Source: an uncultured Enterobacteriaceae bacterium (GTDB lineage Bacteria; Pseudomonadota; Gammaproteobacteria; Burkholderiales; SG8-39). From it: DNA of 64,000 bases. The notes below the pieces were generated by a model. That model saw nothing but the letters and a program-made list of their open reading frames with translations. It was not told the DNA's origin and ran no database searches. The stretch covers positions 2,270-66,269 of the forward strand of contig CAZTXP010000037.1 of assembly GCA_964617355.1 (NCBI GenBank), in the 5' to 3' direction. Both the position numbers and the translations under genes were made by a program. This document shows positions 21,375 to 30,622 of this stretch, in pieces (positions within the stretch are counted from its first letter, which is position 1; every line of letters starts with the position of its first letter).

Positions 21375-21596
21375 CTACTTCGCGTCGTCGCCGTCCGGCA
21401 CGTACGCCAGCAGGTCGCCGGGCTGGCAATCGAGATACGCGCAGATGGCCTGCAGCGTGTCGAAGCGGATGCCCTTCACCTTGCCCTGCTTTAGCAGCGA
21501 CAGGTTGGCCTCGGTGATCCCGACGTGCGCGGCGAGGTCCTTCGACTTCACCTTGCGCCGCGCGAGCATCACGTCCAGCTGGACGACGATCGGCAT
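21375..21596 (-). CDS. XRE/Cro-C1 HTH regulator (YozG-like)
   Basis: LDVMLARRK, GITEANLSLLK.GK.KGIRFDTL..IC..L.CQPGDLL. Confidence 0.92.
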   Translation of the reverse strand: MPIVVQLDVMLARRKVKSKDLAAHVGITEANLSLLKQGKVKGIRFDTLQAICAYLDCQPGDLLAYVPDGDDAK

Positions 21597-21605
21597 CGGC
21601 GCGGG

Positions 21606-22163
21606 TCAGACGAACGCCGCGTTTTCCTCGGCCAGCGCCCGACCCTGCCCGATCACGGTGGCCATCACCCACACCATGCCGGCGAAGAACAGGGTGAAGA
21701 CCTGGTCGGTGCCGAAGCTGATCGCGAGATGCCGCGCGCCGGGCGGATTGTGGAAGGTCAGCACCACGGAGGTCGCCGTGGCCGCCACCATGCTCGCGGC
21801 GACGGACACCGATACCCAGCCGGCGAAGCGACGCAGGCAGCGCACGGTCGCCGCGGTGAACACCTCGCCCGCCTCGAACAGGCGGAAGCACGCGCGCGCC
21901 TGCCAGAGCCCGGCGCAGAAGAAGAGCAGCGGCACGAACGTGACGACCGCGCCCGCCCAGCGCTGCGCGGACGTCAGCGGCGCGCGAATGGCGTCCACCG
22001 GCAATTGCGCACGCAACGCGAGCTGCGCCGGATCCGCCCACTGCCAGTAGGCGATCGCCAGGATCGGCAGCAGGACGATGAGCAGAAGGCAGGCGCGAGC
22101 CATCCACCAGCTCAGGCGTCGCAGGTTCTGCGCAGGGCTGTTTGTAGCAGTGATCGAGTTCAT
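21606..22163 (-). CDS. DUF2975-family membrane protein
   Basis: Four TM helices, F..GEVFT, C-terminal G.AL.EEN..FV; habitual partner of YozG-like HTH genes. Confidence 0.8.
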   Translation of the reverse strand: MNSITATNSPAQNLRRLSWWMARACLLLIVLLPILAIAYWQWADPAQLALRAQLPVDAIRAPLTSAQRWAGAVVTFVPLLFFCAGLWQARACFRLFEAGEVFTAATVRCLRRFAGWVSVSVAASMVAATATSVVLTFHNPPGARHLAISFGTDQVFTLFFAGMVWVMATVIGQGRALAEENAAFV

Positions 22164-22222
22164 CGCGCGCCTTTCTTCTATGTGGCCGAGGTGGCCAAAA
22201 TTTTCTGTTGGATGACAATATA

Positions 22223-22239
22223 TTATCGTTTTACAATAA
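22223..22239. promoter_or_regulatory. Imperfect palindrome TTATCGTTTTACAATAA, candidate XRE operator in a divergent promoter
   Basis: TTAT-n-GT-nnn-AC-n-ATAA dyad inside the AT-rich island at 22200-22260, upstream of DUF2975-HTH. Confidence 0.5.
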
Positions 22240-22265
22240 ATTCAATCCTTCCTTCCCTAGACTTC

Positions 22266-22868
22266 ATGCCCCGCTCCGCGGTTCTCTCCTGTGCCGTCCT
22301 CGCGATTGCCGCGACGCTCGCCGCCTGCAGCGGCGTCCCGCTGCGCTCCATGCCGCGCCTGATGTCGCTGCCGGGCACGCTGCTCGACCTCGATCCCGCG
22401 CAGTTCATGCTTGCGATCCAGGTCGACGCGCGCATGGCGCCGCCGCCCGACGCCGCGCCCGTCATGCGCGTGCACTTGCGTCCGCGCGAAGCAGGCGCGT
22501 TCGAGGCCCTGCAGAAGGACCTGCCGATGCGATTCGCGACGGCGTCGGGCAGCGAAGCCGCGGCCCAGGGCCTGCCGCCCGCACGCGCGCAACGGCGCTG
22601 GCTGCTCTACCGCTTCGCGCCGGAAGCGCAGGCCGAGCTCGCGCGCCTCCAGCAATCGATCCGGCACCTGCGCGCCGGCGGCGGTCCGGGCGGCAGCGTC
22701 GCGATCGGCATCGCGCAGGAAGGCATCGCGGCGCGCGACCCGGTGTTCGCCGATACGCGCTGGGAGACATGGCTGCAGACCTCGACGCGCGAGGGCTTCT
22801 ACGAAGTGTGGTCCGGAACGGTTGCGGAACTGCTGCAGCAGGCTATGGAGGCGCGCCGGCAGCCATAG
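22266..22868 (+). CDS. Hypothetical lipoprotein
   Basis: MPRSAVLSCAVLAIAATLAAC lipobox; host-like codon usage. Confidence 0.65.
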   Translation: MPRSAVLSCAVLAIAATLAACSGVPLRSMPRLMSLPGTLLDLDPAQFMLAIQVDARMAPPPDAAPVMRVHLRPREAGAFEALQKDLPMRFATASGSEAAAQGLPPARAQRRWLLYRFAPEAQAELARLQQSIRHLRAGGGPGGSVAIGIAQEGIAARDPVFADTRWETWLQTSTREGFYEVWSGTVAELLQQAMEARRQP

Positions 22869-22881
22869 TATCGTCCCCGCG

Positions 22882-23994
22882 ATGTCCCTAGCGAAGCCAG
22901 AAGTGCTGATCGTCGGCGCCGGGATCGCCGGCGCATCGGCGGCGCATTTCCTCGCGCCGCACGCCAAGGTCACGGTGCTGGAGCGCGAGGACCAGCCGGG
23001 GTATCACTCCACCGGACGGTCGGCCGCGCTCTACGCCGCCGCCTACGGCAACGCGCCGGTGCGCGCGATCACGCGCGCGAGCCGGCCGTTCTTCGACTCG
23101 CCGCCCGCTGGATTCACGTCGTCGCCTCTGCTCTCGCCGCGCGGCATGCTGTTCTTCGCGCGCGAGGACCAAGGCACGCTCCTCGAGGAGCACGTGCGCG
23201 AGCACGAAGCCACCGGCGCACACCTTAAGCCGCTCACGGGCGCCGAGGTGCGCAGGCTCGTACCGGCGCTGCGCGAATCGCACTCGTTCGCAGGCCTCCT
23301 CGACGAGGAATCCGAGGACATGGACGTGAACGCGATCCACCGCGGTTTCCTGCGCGGTATCACGGTGGTGCGCAATGCCGAGCTGCGCCGCGCCGAGCGC
23401 GTCGCGGGGCGCTGGCGCGTCAACACCTCGGCGGGCGTATTCGAGGCAGACGTGCTCGTCAACGCGGCCGGCGCGTGGGTGGACGAGGTCGCGCGCGCCT
23501 GCGGCGTGGCGCCGATCGGCATCCAGCCGCTCAGGCGCACCGCGATCGTGTTCGACTGCGGGCGCTGGAACGGCGCCGCCGAATGGCCGATGGCGATCGA
23601 CGCCACCGAGACGCTGTACTTCCGCCCCGAGGCCGGACGCTTCCTTGCTTCTCCCGCGGACGAAGTGCCTTCCGCGCCGTGCGATGCGCAGCCGGATGAG
23701 CTGGATGTCGCCGCGCTCGTCGAGCACCTTCAGCAGGCGACGAACTTCGACGTGAAACGCCTCACCGCGCGCTGGGCAGGCCTGAGGAGCTTCGTCGGCG
23801 ACCGCACGCTGGTCGCCGGGTTCGACCGCCGCGAGCCGGGCTTCTTCTGGGTCGCCGGGCAGGGCGGCTACGGCATCCAGACCAGCCCGGCGATGGGCAT
23901 GGCGGCGGCGGCGCTGGTGCTGGGGCGTGAACTGCCCGCCGTCCTGCGCGACAATGGGGTCACCCCGGACATGCTCTCCCCCACCCGCCTGTGA
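22882..23994 (+). CDS. FAD-dependent D-amino acid dehydrogenase, DauA-like (DAO family)
   Basis: IVGAGIAGAS, QPGYHSTGRSAA, VNAAGAW, WAGLRSFV, GQGGYGIQTSPAMG, as recalled for D-arginine dehydrogenase DauA. Confidence 0.82.
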   Translation: MSLAKPEVLIVGAGIAGASAAHFLAPHAKVTVLEREDQPGYHSTGRSAALYAAAYGNAPVRAITRASRPFFDSPPAGFTSSPLLSPRGMLFFAREDQGTLLEEHVREHEATGAHLKPLTGAEVRRLVPALRESHSFAGLLDEESEDMDVNAIHRGFLRGITVVRNAELRRAERVAGRWRVNTSAGVFEADVLVNAAGAWVDEVARACGVAPIGIQPLRRTAIVFDCGRWNGAAEWPMAIDATETLYFRPEAGRFLASPADEVPSAPCDAQPDELDVAALVEHLQQATNFDVKRLTARWAGLRSFVGDRTLVAGFDRREPGFFWVAGQGGYGIQTSPAMGMAAAALVLGRELPAVLRDNGVTPDMLSPTRL

Positions 23995-24428
23995 CCCGCA
24001 CCCCGAAAGCGAAGAAGGCGTCCGCGTCATCCGCGAAATCCGCGCCGAAGAGCCGCGCATTCAAGGATGCGCTGCGCGACGCCGCCACCTACGCAAGCGA
24101 TCCGGTACGGTTGCGCGCGCTGATCGACGAGGCGGTGAAGAAGGCGCGCCGCATGCCCAAGGGCCCGTTCAAGGACCTGTGGCCGTACTTCCTCGCCATG
24201 CTCCGGCTCCTGCGCGCGTACTACGCCGGCGCCTACCGCAAGGTGCCGTGGCAGACGGTGCTGATGGTGGTTGCCGCGGTGATCTACGTGGTGAACCCCC
24301 TCGACTTCATCCCCGATGCGATCTTCGGCATCGGCCTCGTCGACGACGCCACCGTCGTCGGCTTCGTGGTGCGCACCGTGAAGGCGCAGATCGACGCCTT
24401 CATGGACTGGGAAACTACTCGCGACTAG
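23991..24428 (+). CDS. YkvA/DUF1232-family protein
   Basis: YVVNPLDFIPD..FGIGLVDD motif. Confidence 0.88.
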   Translation: MTRTPKAKKASASSAKSAPKSRAFKDALRDAATYASDPVRLRALIDEAVKKARRMPKGPFKDLWPYFLAMLRLLRAYYAGAYRKVPWQTVLMVVAAVIYVVNPLDFIPDAIFGIGLVDDATVVGFVVRTVKAQIDAFMDWETTRD

Positions 24429-24484
24429 TCCGTTCGTCCGGCGCTATACAATCGCCGGCGGTGCCACCGAAGGAGATCCTCCCC

Positions 24485-25804
24485 ATGCTGCGAGAGAAAG
24501 TCCCCGACCTGTCGTCCTACGTCGAGCCCGACCGCGTCCGGAAGGAGTGCTACACCGACCCCGACGTCTTCCAGCTCGAAATGGAGCGCATCCACGAGAC
24601 GGTGTGGATCTACTGCGGCCACGAGTCGCAGATCCGCAAGCCCGGCGACTACGTCACCGTGCAGGTCGGCCGCCAGCCGATGATCCTGGTGCGCGGCAAG
24701 GACGGCAAGCCGCACGTGGTCTACAACCGCTGCCCGCACCGCGGCGCGATGGTCTGCGGCAACCACACCGGCAACACCGGCGAGTTCTTCCGCTGCTCGT
24801 ACCACGCGTGGACCTTCCACCACGACGGCAAGCTGCGCAACATCCCGATGATGGAGTCGGGCTATGCGGGAACCCGCTTCACGCGCGACAACCCCGACTG
24901 CAACATGAAGCCCGCCGCGCGCGTCGAGTCGTACCGCGGCTTCGTGTTCTGCAGCCTCGCCAAGGACGGCCCGACGCTGAAGGAGTTCCTCGGCGAGTCG
25001 ATCGTCGCCTTCGACGACATGTGCGACCGCGCGCCCGAGGGCGAGGTCGAGGTGGTGCCCAACTGCTTCCGCGTCATCCAGCACTCGAACTGGAAGCTCT
25101 TCATGGAGAACCAGATCGACGCGCTGCACCCGTCGGTGACGCACCAGTCCACCGGCCGCGCCGCGCGCGAGGTCGAGCTCGACATCGAGAAGAAGACCGG
25201 CCACGCGCCGCTGTCGTACCACATGCTGTCGGCGTTCGCGACCGTGACCATCGACAAGTGGGACAACTTCCAGACGCTGAACTACCCCTACGGCCACTGC
25301 ATCCTCACCGGCTACATGGGCCTGCGCCCGACCGACCCCGACACGCGCGCCTACGAGGCGGTCATGGAGAAGGCGTACGGCAAGAAGCGCATGGAGGAGA
25401 TCTTCAACGTCAACATCCACCACGTGCTCGTGTATCCCGGTTTGTCGGTGCAGTCGCCGCTCCAGCAACTGCGCGCGGTGCGGCCGCTGGACGTCAACCG
25501 CACGCTGACCGAGATCTGGCACTTCCGCCTGAAGGGCGCGCCGGAGCCGATCTACCGCCGGTCGCTCGCCTACTACAACCTCGTCAACTCGCCGTCGACG
25601 ATGATCAACGCCGACGACCTCGAGAACTTCTGGAAGTGCCACACCGGCCTCGAGTCCGACGGCGGCGACTGGGTCAGCTTCGCGCGCCACCATGGCCGCG
25701 ACATCCGCCAGGGCAACGCGATCTCCTCGCCCCCGAACCAGGGCACCTCCGAAGCACCGATGCGCAACCAGATGCAGGCCTGGGCGCAGTACATGAAGGG
25801 TTGA
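24485..25804 (+). CDS. Rieske aromatic ring-hydroxylating oxygenase alpha subunit
   Basis: Rieske CPH...CSYH; mononuclear Fe site NWK..EN..DALHPSVTH and DDLENF; AAGGAG RBS. Confidence 0.93.
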   Translation: MLREKVPDLSSYVEPDRVRKECYTDPDVFQLEMERIHETVWIYCGHESQIRKPGDYVTVQVGRQPMILVRGKDGKPHVVYNRCPHRGAMVCGNHTGNTGEFFRCSYHAWTFHHDGKLRNIPMMESGYAGTRFTRDNPDCNMKPAARVESYRGFVFCSLAKDGPTLKEFLGESIVAFDDMCDRAPEGEVEVVPNCFRVIQHSNWKLFMENQIDALHPSVTHQSTGRAAREVELDIEKKTGHAPLSYHMLSAFATVTIDKWDNFQTLNYPYGHCILTGYMGLRPTDPDTRAYEAVMEKAYGKKRMEEIFNVNIHHVLVYPGLSVQSPLQQLRAVRPLDVNRTLTEIWHFRLKGAPEPIYRRSLAYYNLVNSPSTMINADDLENFWKCHTGLESDGGDWVSFARHHGRDIRQGNAISSPPNQGTSEAPMRNQMQAWAQYMKG

Positions 25805-26367
25805 TGAGCATGGCCGCGAAAAAGAAGGCAGTGAAGAAGGCCGCGAAGCCCGCGGCGAAGAAGGCGCCGGCCAAGGCCGTGAAGGTCACGCCGCAGCTCC
25901 AGCACGAGGTCGAGCAATTCCTCTACGCGCAGGCCGCGCTCCTCGACAACAAGCGCTGGCAGGAATGGATCGACCTCTTCACGCCCGACGGCGTGTACTG
26001 GATGCCGCCCGAGCCCGGCCACACGCACTGGGACGGCATGCCGGCGATCTTCGCCGAGGACAAGAACATCATGACGGTGCGCATGAAGCGCGTGCTGCAC
26101 CCGGACGCGTGGTCGCAGGTGCCGCTGTGGGGCACCAACCACGTGGTCGGCAACGTCGTGGTGGACAAGGCCTCGGCCAACGGCGACGTCGTGGTGCGCT
26201 CGCGCTTCCACATGCTCGAGATGCGGCGCGACAACGTGCGCCACTTCGCCGGCCAGTACACGCACCACCTGAAGAAGACCCCGCAGGGCTGGAAGATCAA
26301 GCTGCAGCGCGTCGACATGACCAACGCGCAGGCCGCGTACGACTACGTCCTGCAGGTCTGGGTGTAA
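25804..26367 (+). CDS. Ring-hydroxylating oxygenase beta subunit with Lys/Ala-rich N-terminal tail
   Basis: EQFLYAQAALLD..RW.EW.DLF..DG.YWMP, RSRFH, WKIKLQRVD; TGATG-coupled to alpha. Confidence 0.9.
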   Translation: MSMAAKKKAVKKAAKPAAKKAPAKAVKVTPQLQHEVEQFLYAQAALLDNKRWQEWIDLFTPDGVYWMPPEPGHTHWDGMPAIFAEDKNIMTVRMKRVLHPDAWSQVPLWGTNHVVGNVVVDKASANGDVVVRSRFHMLEMRRDNVRHFAGQYTHHLKKTPQGWKIKLQRVDMTNAQAAYDYVLQVWV

Positions 26368-26376
26368 GCGGGCCGG

Positions 26377-26922
26377 TTGCGCCTCCTAGAGCTCCTGCTG
26401 AAGGCGATCGACCAGCTCGGTCGCGCGAACCTCGTCCTGGCCGGGATCGCCGGCGCGCTCGTCGTGGTGCTGTGGACCAAGCACCGCGACGACCGCGTCG
26501 ACTTCCTGCTGAGCCTGGTCATGACCTCGCCGTTCATCGCGGGGCTGCTGGCGCTGCCGATCATGAGCTGGATGAAGCTCTTCCTGTACGACGCCGCCAA
26601 GGCGGCGGCGTTCGGCGGCAAGCGGCAGATGTACTACACGACCGAACTGCGCACGATGTACGTGCGCGGCTACCCGTGGGTGCGCCTCACCGACGTCTGC
26701 AAGATCGTGGGCGTCGCGCAACCCGAGAAGCTCGCCAAGCGCATGTCCGGCCAGGAGTGTGATTCGCACGACACCGACCACGACTGGTTGTCGGAGGCCG
26801 GCGTGAAGAAGCTCGCGACCATGCCGCTCGGCCCCGAGACGGCGAAGTTCGTCGCCTGGTTCGACCGCGAGATGGCCAAGCCGGCCGCGAAGATGCGCGA
26901 CAAGGGCACGCCGCTGGGCTGA
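26377..26922 (+). CDS. Membrane protein with C-terminal BRO-N-like domain
   Basis: Two N-terminal hydrophobic segments, then RTMYVRGYPWVRLTDVCKIVG...WLSEAGVKKL...AKFVAWFDRE, resembling the BRO-N pattern. Confidence 0.55.
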   Translation: MRLLELLLKAIDQLGRANLVLAGIAGALVVVLWTKHRDDRVDFLLSLVMTSPFIAGLLALPIMSWMKLFLYDAAKAAAFGGKRQMYYTTELRTMYVRGYPWVRLTDVCKIVGVAQPEKLAKRMSGQECDSHDTDHDWLSEAGVKKLATMPLGPETAKFVAWFDREMAKPAAKMRDKGTPLG

Positions 26923-28364
26923 TGCCGGACCTCGGCGCACCGATCTGGCGCGACCTGCTGCTCGTCGGCGCCTACGTCGCCTGGGCGATCGGCGTGACCA
27001 GCATGCTGCTGCTGGCGCGCCGGCCGCCGATGGCCACCGTGGCGTGGCTGCTCGCGCTGCTGCTGCTGCCCTACATCGGCGCGTTCCTGTGGTTCTTCTT
27101 CGGCCCGCGCCGCCTGCGCAGGAAGCGCCTGCGCTACGCCAGGAGCCGCTCGGCGGTGGCGCAGAGCGCGGCGCGCATCGCGCGCCCCGACAACCTCTCG
27201 GAGGACATCTTCCACCGCTACCGGCAGCTCGCCATCCTCGCCGAACGACTGGAGCAGCCCGCGCCGGCGCGCGCTACCTCGCACGCGCTCTACTTCGACG
27301 GCGACGCGCTCTACGACGCGATGCTCGAGGCGATCGCCGCGGCGCGCGACCACCTGCACCTCGAGTACTACATCTGGCGCGACGACGCGATCGGCACGCG
27401 GCTGCGCGACGCGCTGGCGGCCAAGGCGCGCGAGGGCGTGAAGGTGCGGCTGCTGGTCGACACCGTCGGCTCGAACACCACCCACGACCGTTTCTTCGCG
27501 CCGCTCGAGGCCGCGGACGGCGAAGTGGCGTGGTTCAATCGGCCGCACCTGAAGAAGCTGCGCTTCCGGTACGTCAACTTCCGCAGCCACCGCAAGATCC
27601 TCGTCGCCGACGGCCGCGTCGGCTTCGTCGGCGGCATGAACGTCACCGACGACCACAGCGCGCGCGCGAAGGGCGACGCGGCGTGGCGCGACACGCACCT
27701 GCGCATCGAGGGCGCACCGGTGGCGCAGTTGCAACGCGTGTTCCTCGACGACTGGGTGTTCGCGCGCGGCCCGTACCCGATCCAGCCGCAATGGTTCCCC
27801 GAGGCCGCGCCGGCCGCCGGGCCTTACGTGCAGGTGGTCGCCTCCGGCCCCGACAGCGACACCTGGGCGATCCAGCGGCTCCTCTTCAATGCGATCGCGA
27901 ACGCGCGCCGGAGCATCCGCCTCACCACGCCCTACTTCGTGCCCGACGAGGCGTTGCTCGCGGCGCTGGTCGCCGCCGCGCTGCGCGGCGTTTCGGTGCG
28001 CGTGCTGGTGCCGAAGGCGAGCGATTCGAAGCTCGTCACCGCGGCCGCGCGCAGCTACTTCGACGAACTCGCGCGCGTCGGCGTCGAGATCTGGGAATAC
28101 GGCCCGCCGATGCTGCACGCCAAGACCTCGGTGTTCGACGACCTCGTCTCGGTGGTCGGCACCGCCAACCTCGACAACCGCAGCTTCCGGCTCAATTTCG
28201 AGGTCGTCGCGGTCGCGTATTCGGCGGAGATCGCGCAGGCGCTGAACGCGCAGTTCGACCACGACCTCGGCGAGGCGACGCGCTTCGCGCCCTCGGGCCG
28301 GCGCACGCCGGTCGGCGAACGACTGATGATGGGCGCGGCGCGCCTCTTCTCGCCGATCCTCTGA
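26922..28364 (+). CDS. cls: Cardiolipin synthase
   Basis: Two N-terminal TM helices and two HKD motifs (HRKILVAD, HAKTSVFD); GGMN and GTANLDNRS. Confidence 0.93.
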   Translation: MPDLGAPIWRDLLLVGAYVAWAIGVTSMLLLARRPPMATVAWLLALLLLPYIGAFLWFFFGPRRLRRKRLRYARSRSAVAQSAARIARPDNLSEDIFHRYRQLAILAERLEQPAPARATSHALYFDGDALYDAMLEAIAAARDHLHLEYYIWRDDAIGTRLRDALAAKAREGVKVRLLVDTVGSNTTHDRFFAPLEAADGEVAWFNRPHLKKLRFRYVNFRSHRKILVADGRVGFVGGMNVTDDHSARAKGDAAWRDTHLRIEGAPVAQLQRVFLDDWVFARGPYPIQPQWFPEAAPAAGPYVQVVASGPDSDTWAIQRLLFNAIANARRSIRLTTPYFVPDEALLAALVAAALRGVSVRVLVPKASDSKLVTAAARSYFDELARVGVEIWEYGPPMLHAKTSVFDDLVSVVGTANLDNRSFRLNFEVVAVAYSAEIAQALNAQFDHDLGEATRFAPSGRRTPVGERLMMGAARLFSPIL

Positions 28365-29563
28365 TGGCGACGGTCGTCCTGCTGGCCCCGCTGGGCAACA
28401 CCGGCTTCGGCACCTTCGGCTTCCACCTGTCGCGCGAGCTGCTGCCGCTGGTCGACCGAGACGGCGTTACGTTCCGGATCCTCTCCGGCAACGACCGTCG
28501 CCGCGCCGTCGCGGCCGATTCCCCCGACGCGAAGGCGCGCGCCGTCCACGCGGCGCACGCAAGGATCTTCCCCGGGATCGCGGACGTCTCCGTCTCGATG
28601 TTCGACGCCACCAATGTCGTCGTGCTGCCCGGCCGCGTGCGTGTCGGCTTCACGATGTGGGAAGGCTCGCAGGTACCGCCCGAGTTCGCCGAGCAGCTGC
28701 GTCCCTTCGACCTGGTCGCCGTTCCGAGCCACTGGAACCAGCGCGCCCTCGACGCGGCCCTCGCGGCGCTGCCCCCCGGGCGACGGCCCGCCACCGCGGT
28801 GTGGCCCGGCGCGGCGCCGGACATCGCGTTCGCGAACGCGGGGCCGAGCCGCTATCGCGGCGACGCCTTCACCTTCGGCAACGTCGGCAAGTTCGAGCGC
28901 CGCAAGGGCATCGTGCCGATGGTCATGGCCTATGCCGAGGTCGCGCGCGCGCGCCGCGGCACGCCGATGCGCCTGCTCGCGAACTGGACGCACATCTGGC
29001 ACAAGTCCTGGGCCGAGCGCGCGCAGGCCATGCTGGGCGACCACGGCTTCGAGCCGGAGCCCGGCGACCGTGGCGGCGCGCTCGCGCGCTTCCGCCATCG
29101 CGACGCGAGGAACGCGACGATCGAGCTGCTGCTGCGGCCGCTGCCGGGCGAGGACGACGTGATCGAGTTCCACCGCGGCTGCGACGCCGGGCTCTACCCG
29201 TATTTCTGCGAGGGCTGGGGCCTGCCGCTGATCGAGACGCTGGCCTGCGGCGTGCCCTGCGCCGCGAACCCCTATTCGGCGCCGACGGAGTACCTGGTCG
29301 ACGGCGGCTACGTGCCGATCGCGAGCACGGTCGAGCGACCGATGCGCGGGGTCTTCTACCAGAAGTGGCCGTGGGGCACGTGGCGCGAGCCGACGCTCGA
29401 GGCCATCGTCGCGGCGATGGCCACGCTGCTCGACATGCCGCCGGAGCGGCGGCTGGCGATGGGCGCGCGCGCGCGGGACCACCTGCAGCAGCGGTTCACG
29501 TGGCGCGACGCCGCCGTCCGCGTCGCCGCCGACCTGAATGCCATCCTCGCCGCAATGCGCTAG
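28364..29563 (+). CDS. GT-B fold glycosyltransferase (GT4-like)
   Basis: VAVPSHWN, NVGKFERRKG, EGWGLPLIETLACGVP; not called as a clean ORF in the track, start at the TGATG overlap with cls. Confidence 0.85.
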   Translation: MATVVLLAPLGNTGFGTFGFHLSRELLPLVDRDGVTFRILSGNDRRRAVAADSPDAKARAVHAAHARIFPGIADVSVSMFDATNVVVLPGRVRVGFTMWEGSQVPPEFAEQLRPFDLVAVPSHWNQRALDAALAALPPGRRPATAVWPGAAPDIAFANAGPSRYRGDAFTFGNVGKFERRKGIVPMVMAYAEVARARRGTPMRLLANWTHIWHKSWAERAQAMLGDHGFEPEPGDRGGALARFRHRDARNATIELLLRPLPGEDDVIEFHRGCDAGLYPYFCEGWGLPLIETLACGVPCAANPYSAPTEYLVDGGYVPIASTVERPMRGVFYQKWPWGTWREPTLEAIVAAMATLLDMPPERRLAMGARARDHLQQRFTWRDAAVRVAADLNAILAAMR

Positions 29564-29572
29564 GCTCCTCGC

Positions 29573-30523
29573 ATGCGCTGCGTCTTCGTTGCCCTGCTCC
29601 TCGCGTTCGCCGCCTCGGCGTCGGCCCAGCCCGCCGCGCCGCTGCGCGTCATCGTGGTCTACCCGCCCGGCGGGCCTAGCGACGTCGTCGCGCGCGTGGT
29701 CGCCGAGCGCCTCGGCGCGCGCCTCGGCCAGCCGGTGGTCGTCGAGAACCGCAGCGGCGCCAGCGGCGCGATCGGCATCGACGCGATGGCCAAGGCCGCG
29801 CCCGACGGCCGCACGCTCGCGTTCTCGGCGGTCAGCCCGGTGACGCTGCTGCCGCACGTCGCGCGCGTGCCCTACGACCCGATCAAGGACGTCGCGCCGG
29901 TGGCCTCGGTGATGTTCTCGCCGGTATACCTCGTGGGCACGCCGGCGTTCAGCGGCCGCACGCTGGAGGATGCGGTCGCGCAAGCGCGCGCGAAGCCGGG
30001 CTCGATCCGGCTCGCCACTTCCGGCGTCGCCACGCTCGGCCACGTGATGCTGGAACAGATCCGCTCGGCGGCCGGCGTCGACATCGTGCACGTGCCCTAC
30101 AAGGGCGGCGGGCAGGTGGCGCTCGACGCCGCGGCCGGGCAGTTCGAGCTCTTCACCACCAATCCGGCGCCGGGCGTGAACGGGCTCATCGCACAGGGAA
30201 AGCTGCGCATGCTCGCGGTGGCCGCGCCGCAGCGGCTCGCGGCGCACCCCGCGGTGCCCACCATGGCCGAACTCGGCCGCCCGGAGTCGAACTACGCCTC
30301 GCTCTTCGGCTTCTTCGCGCCGGGGCGCACGCCCGCGGCCGAGGTCGCGCGGCTGAACGCGGAGGTGAACGCGGTACTCGCGCTGCCCGCGGTGCGCGAG
30401 CGCATCGCGGGCCTGGACAACGTGCCCGCGCCCGACACGCCCGAGGCCTTCGCGCGCCGCGTGCTGCAGGAATACGCCTCGAACGCGCGCCTCGTGGCAC
30501 GCACGGGGTTGAAGGCAGACTAG
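29573..30523 (+). CDS. Bug/TctC substrate-binding protein
   Basis: YPPGGPSD, VENRSGASG, PDGRTL, HVPYKGG. Confidence 0.92.
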   Translation: MRCVFVALLLAFAASASAQPAAPLRVIVVYPPGGPSDVVARVVAERLGARLGQPVVVENRSGASGAIGIDAMAKAAPDGRTLAFSAVSPVTLLPHVARVPYDPIKDVAPVASVMFSPVYLVGTPAFSGRTLEDAVAQARAKPGSIRLATSGVATLGHVMLEQIRSAAGVDIVHVPYKGGGQVALDAAAGQFELFTTNPAPGVNGLIAQGKLRMLAVAAPQRLAAHPAVPTMAELGRPESNYASLFGFFAPGRTPAAEVARLNAEVNAVLALPAVRERIAGLDNVPAPDTPEAFARRVLQEYASNARLVARTGLKAD

Positions 30524-30622
30524 CGCGATCGCTTGCGATTGCGCTCCACGCGAGCCCGCGATCGCTTGCGATTGCGCTCCACGCGAACCCGCGATCGCTT
30601 GCGATTGCGCTCCACGCTAGCC
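30524..30622. repeat. Three tandem 33-bp repeats, each with a hairpin
   Basis: Unit CGCGATCGCTTGCGATTGCGCTCCACGC(GAG/GAA/TAG)CC at 30524, 30557 and 30590; lies between convergent stop codons. Confidence 0.95.

Noticed and set aside
30524-30622. CRISPR array
   Set aside because: The 33-bp units are contiguous with no unique spacers, and no cas genes are present.
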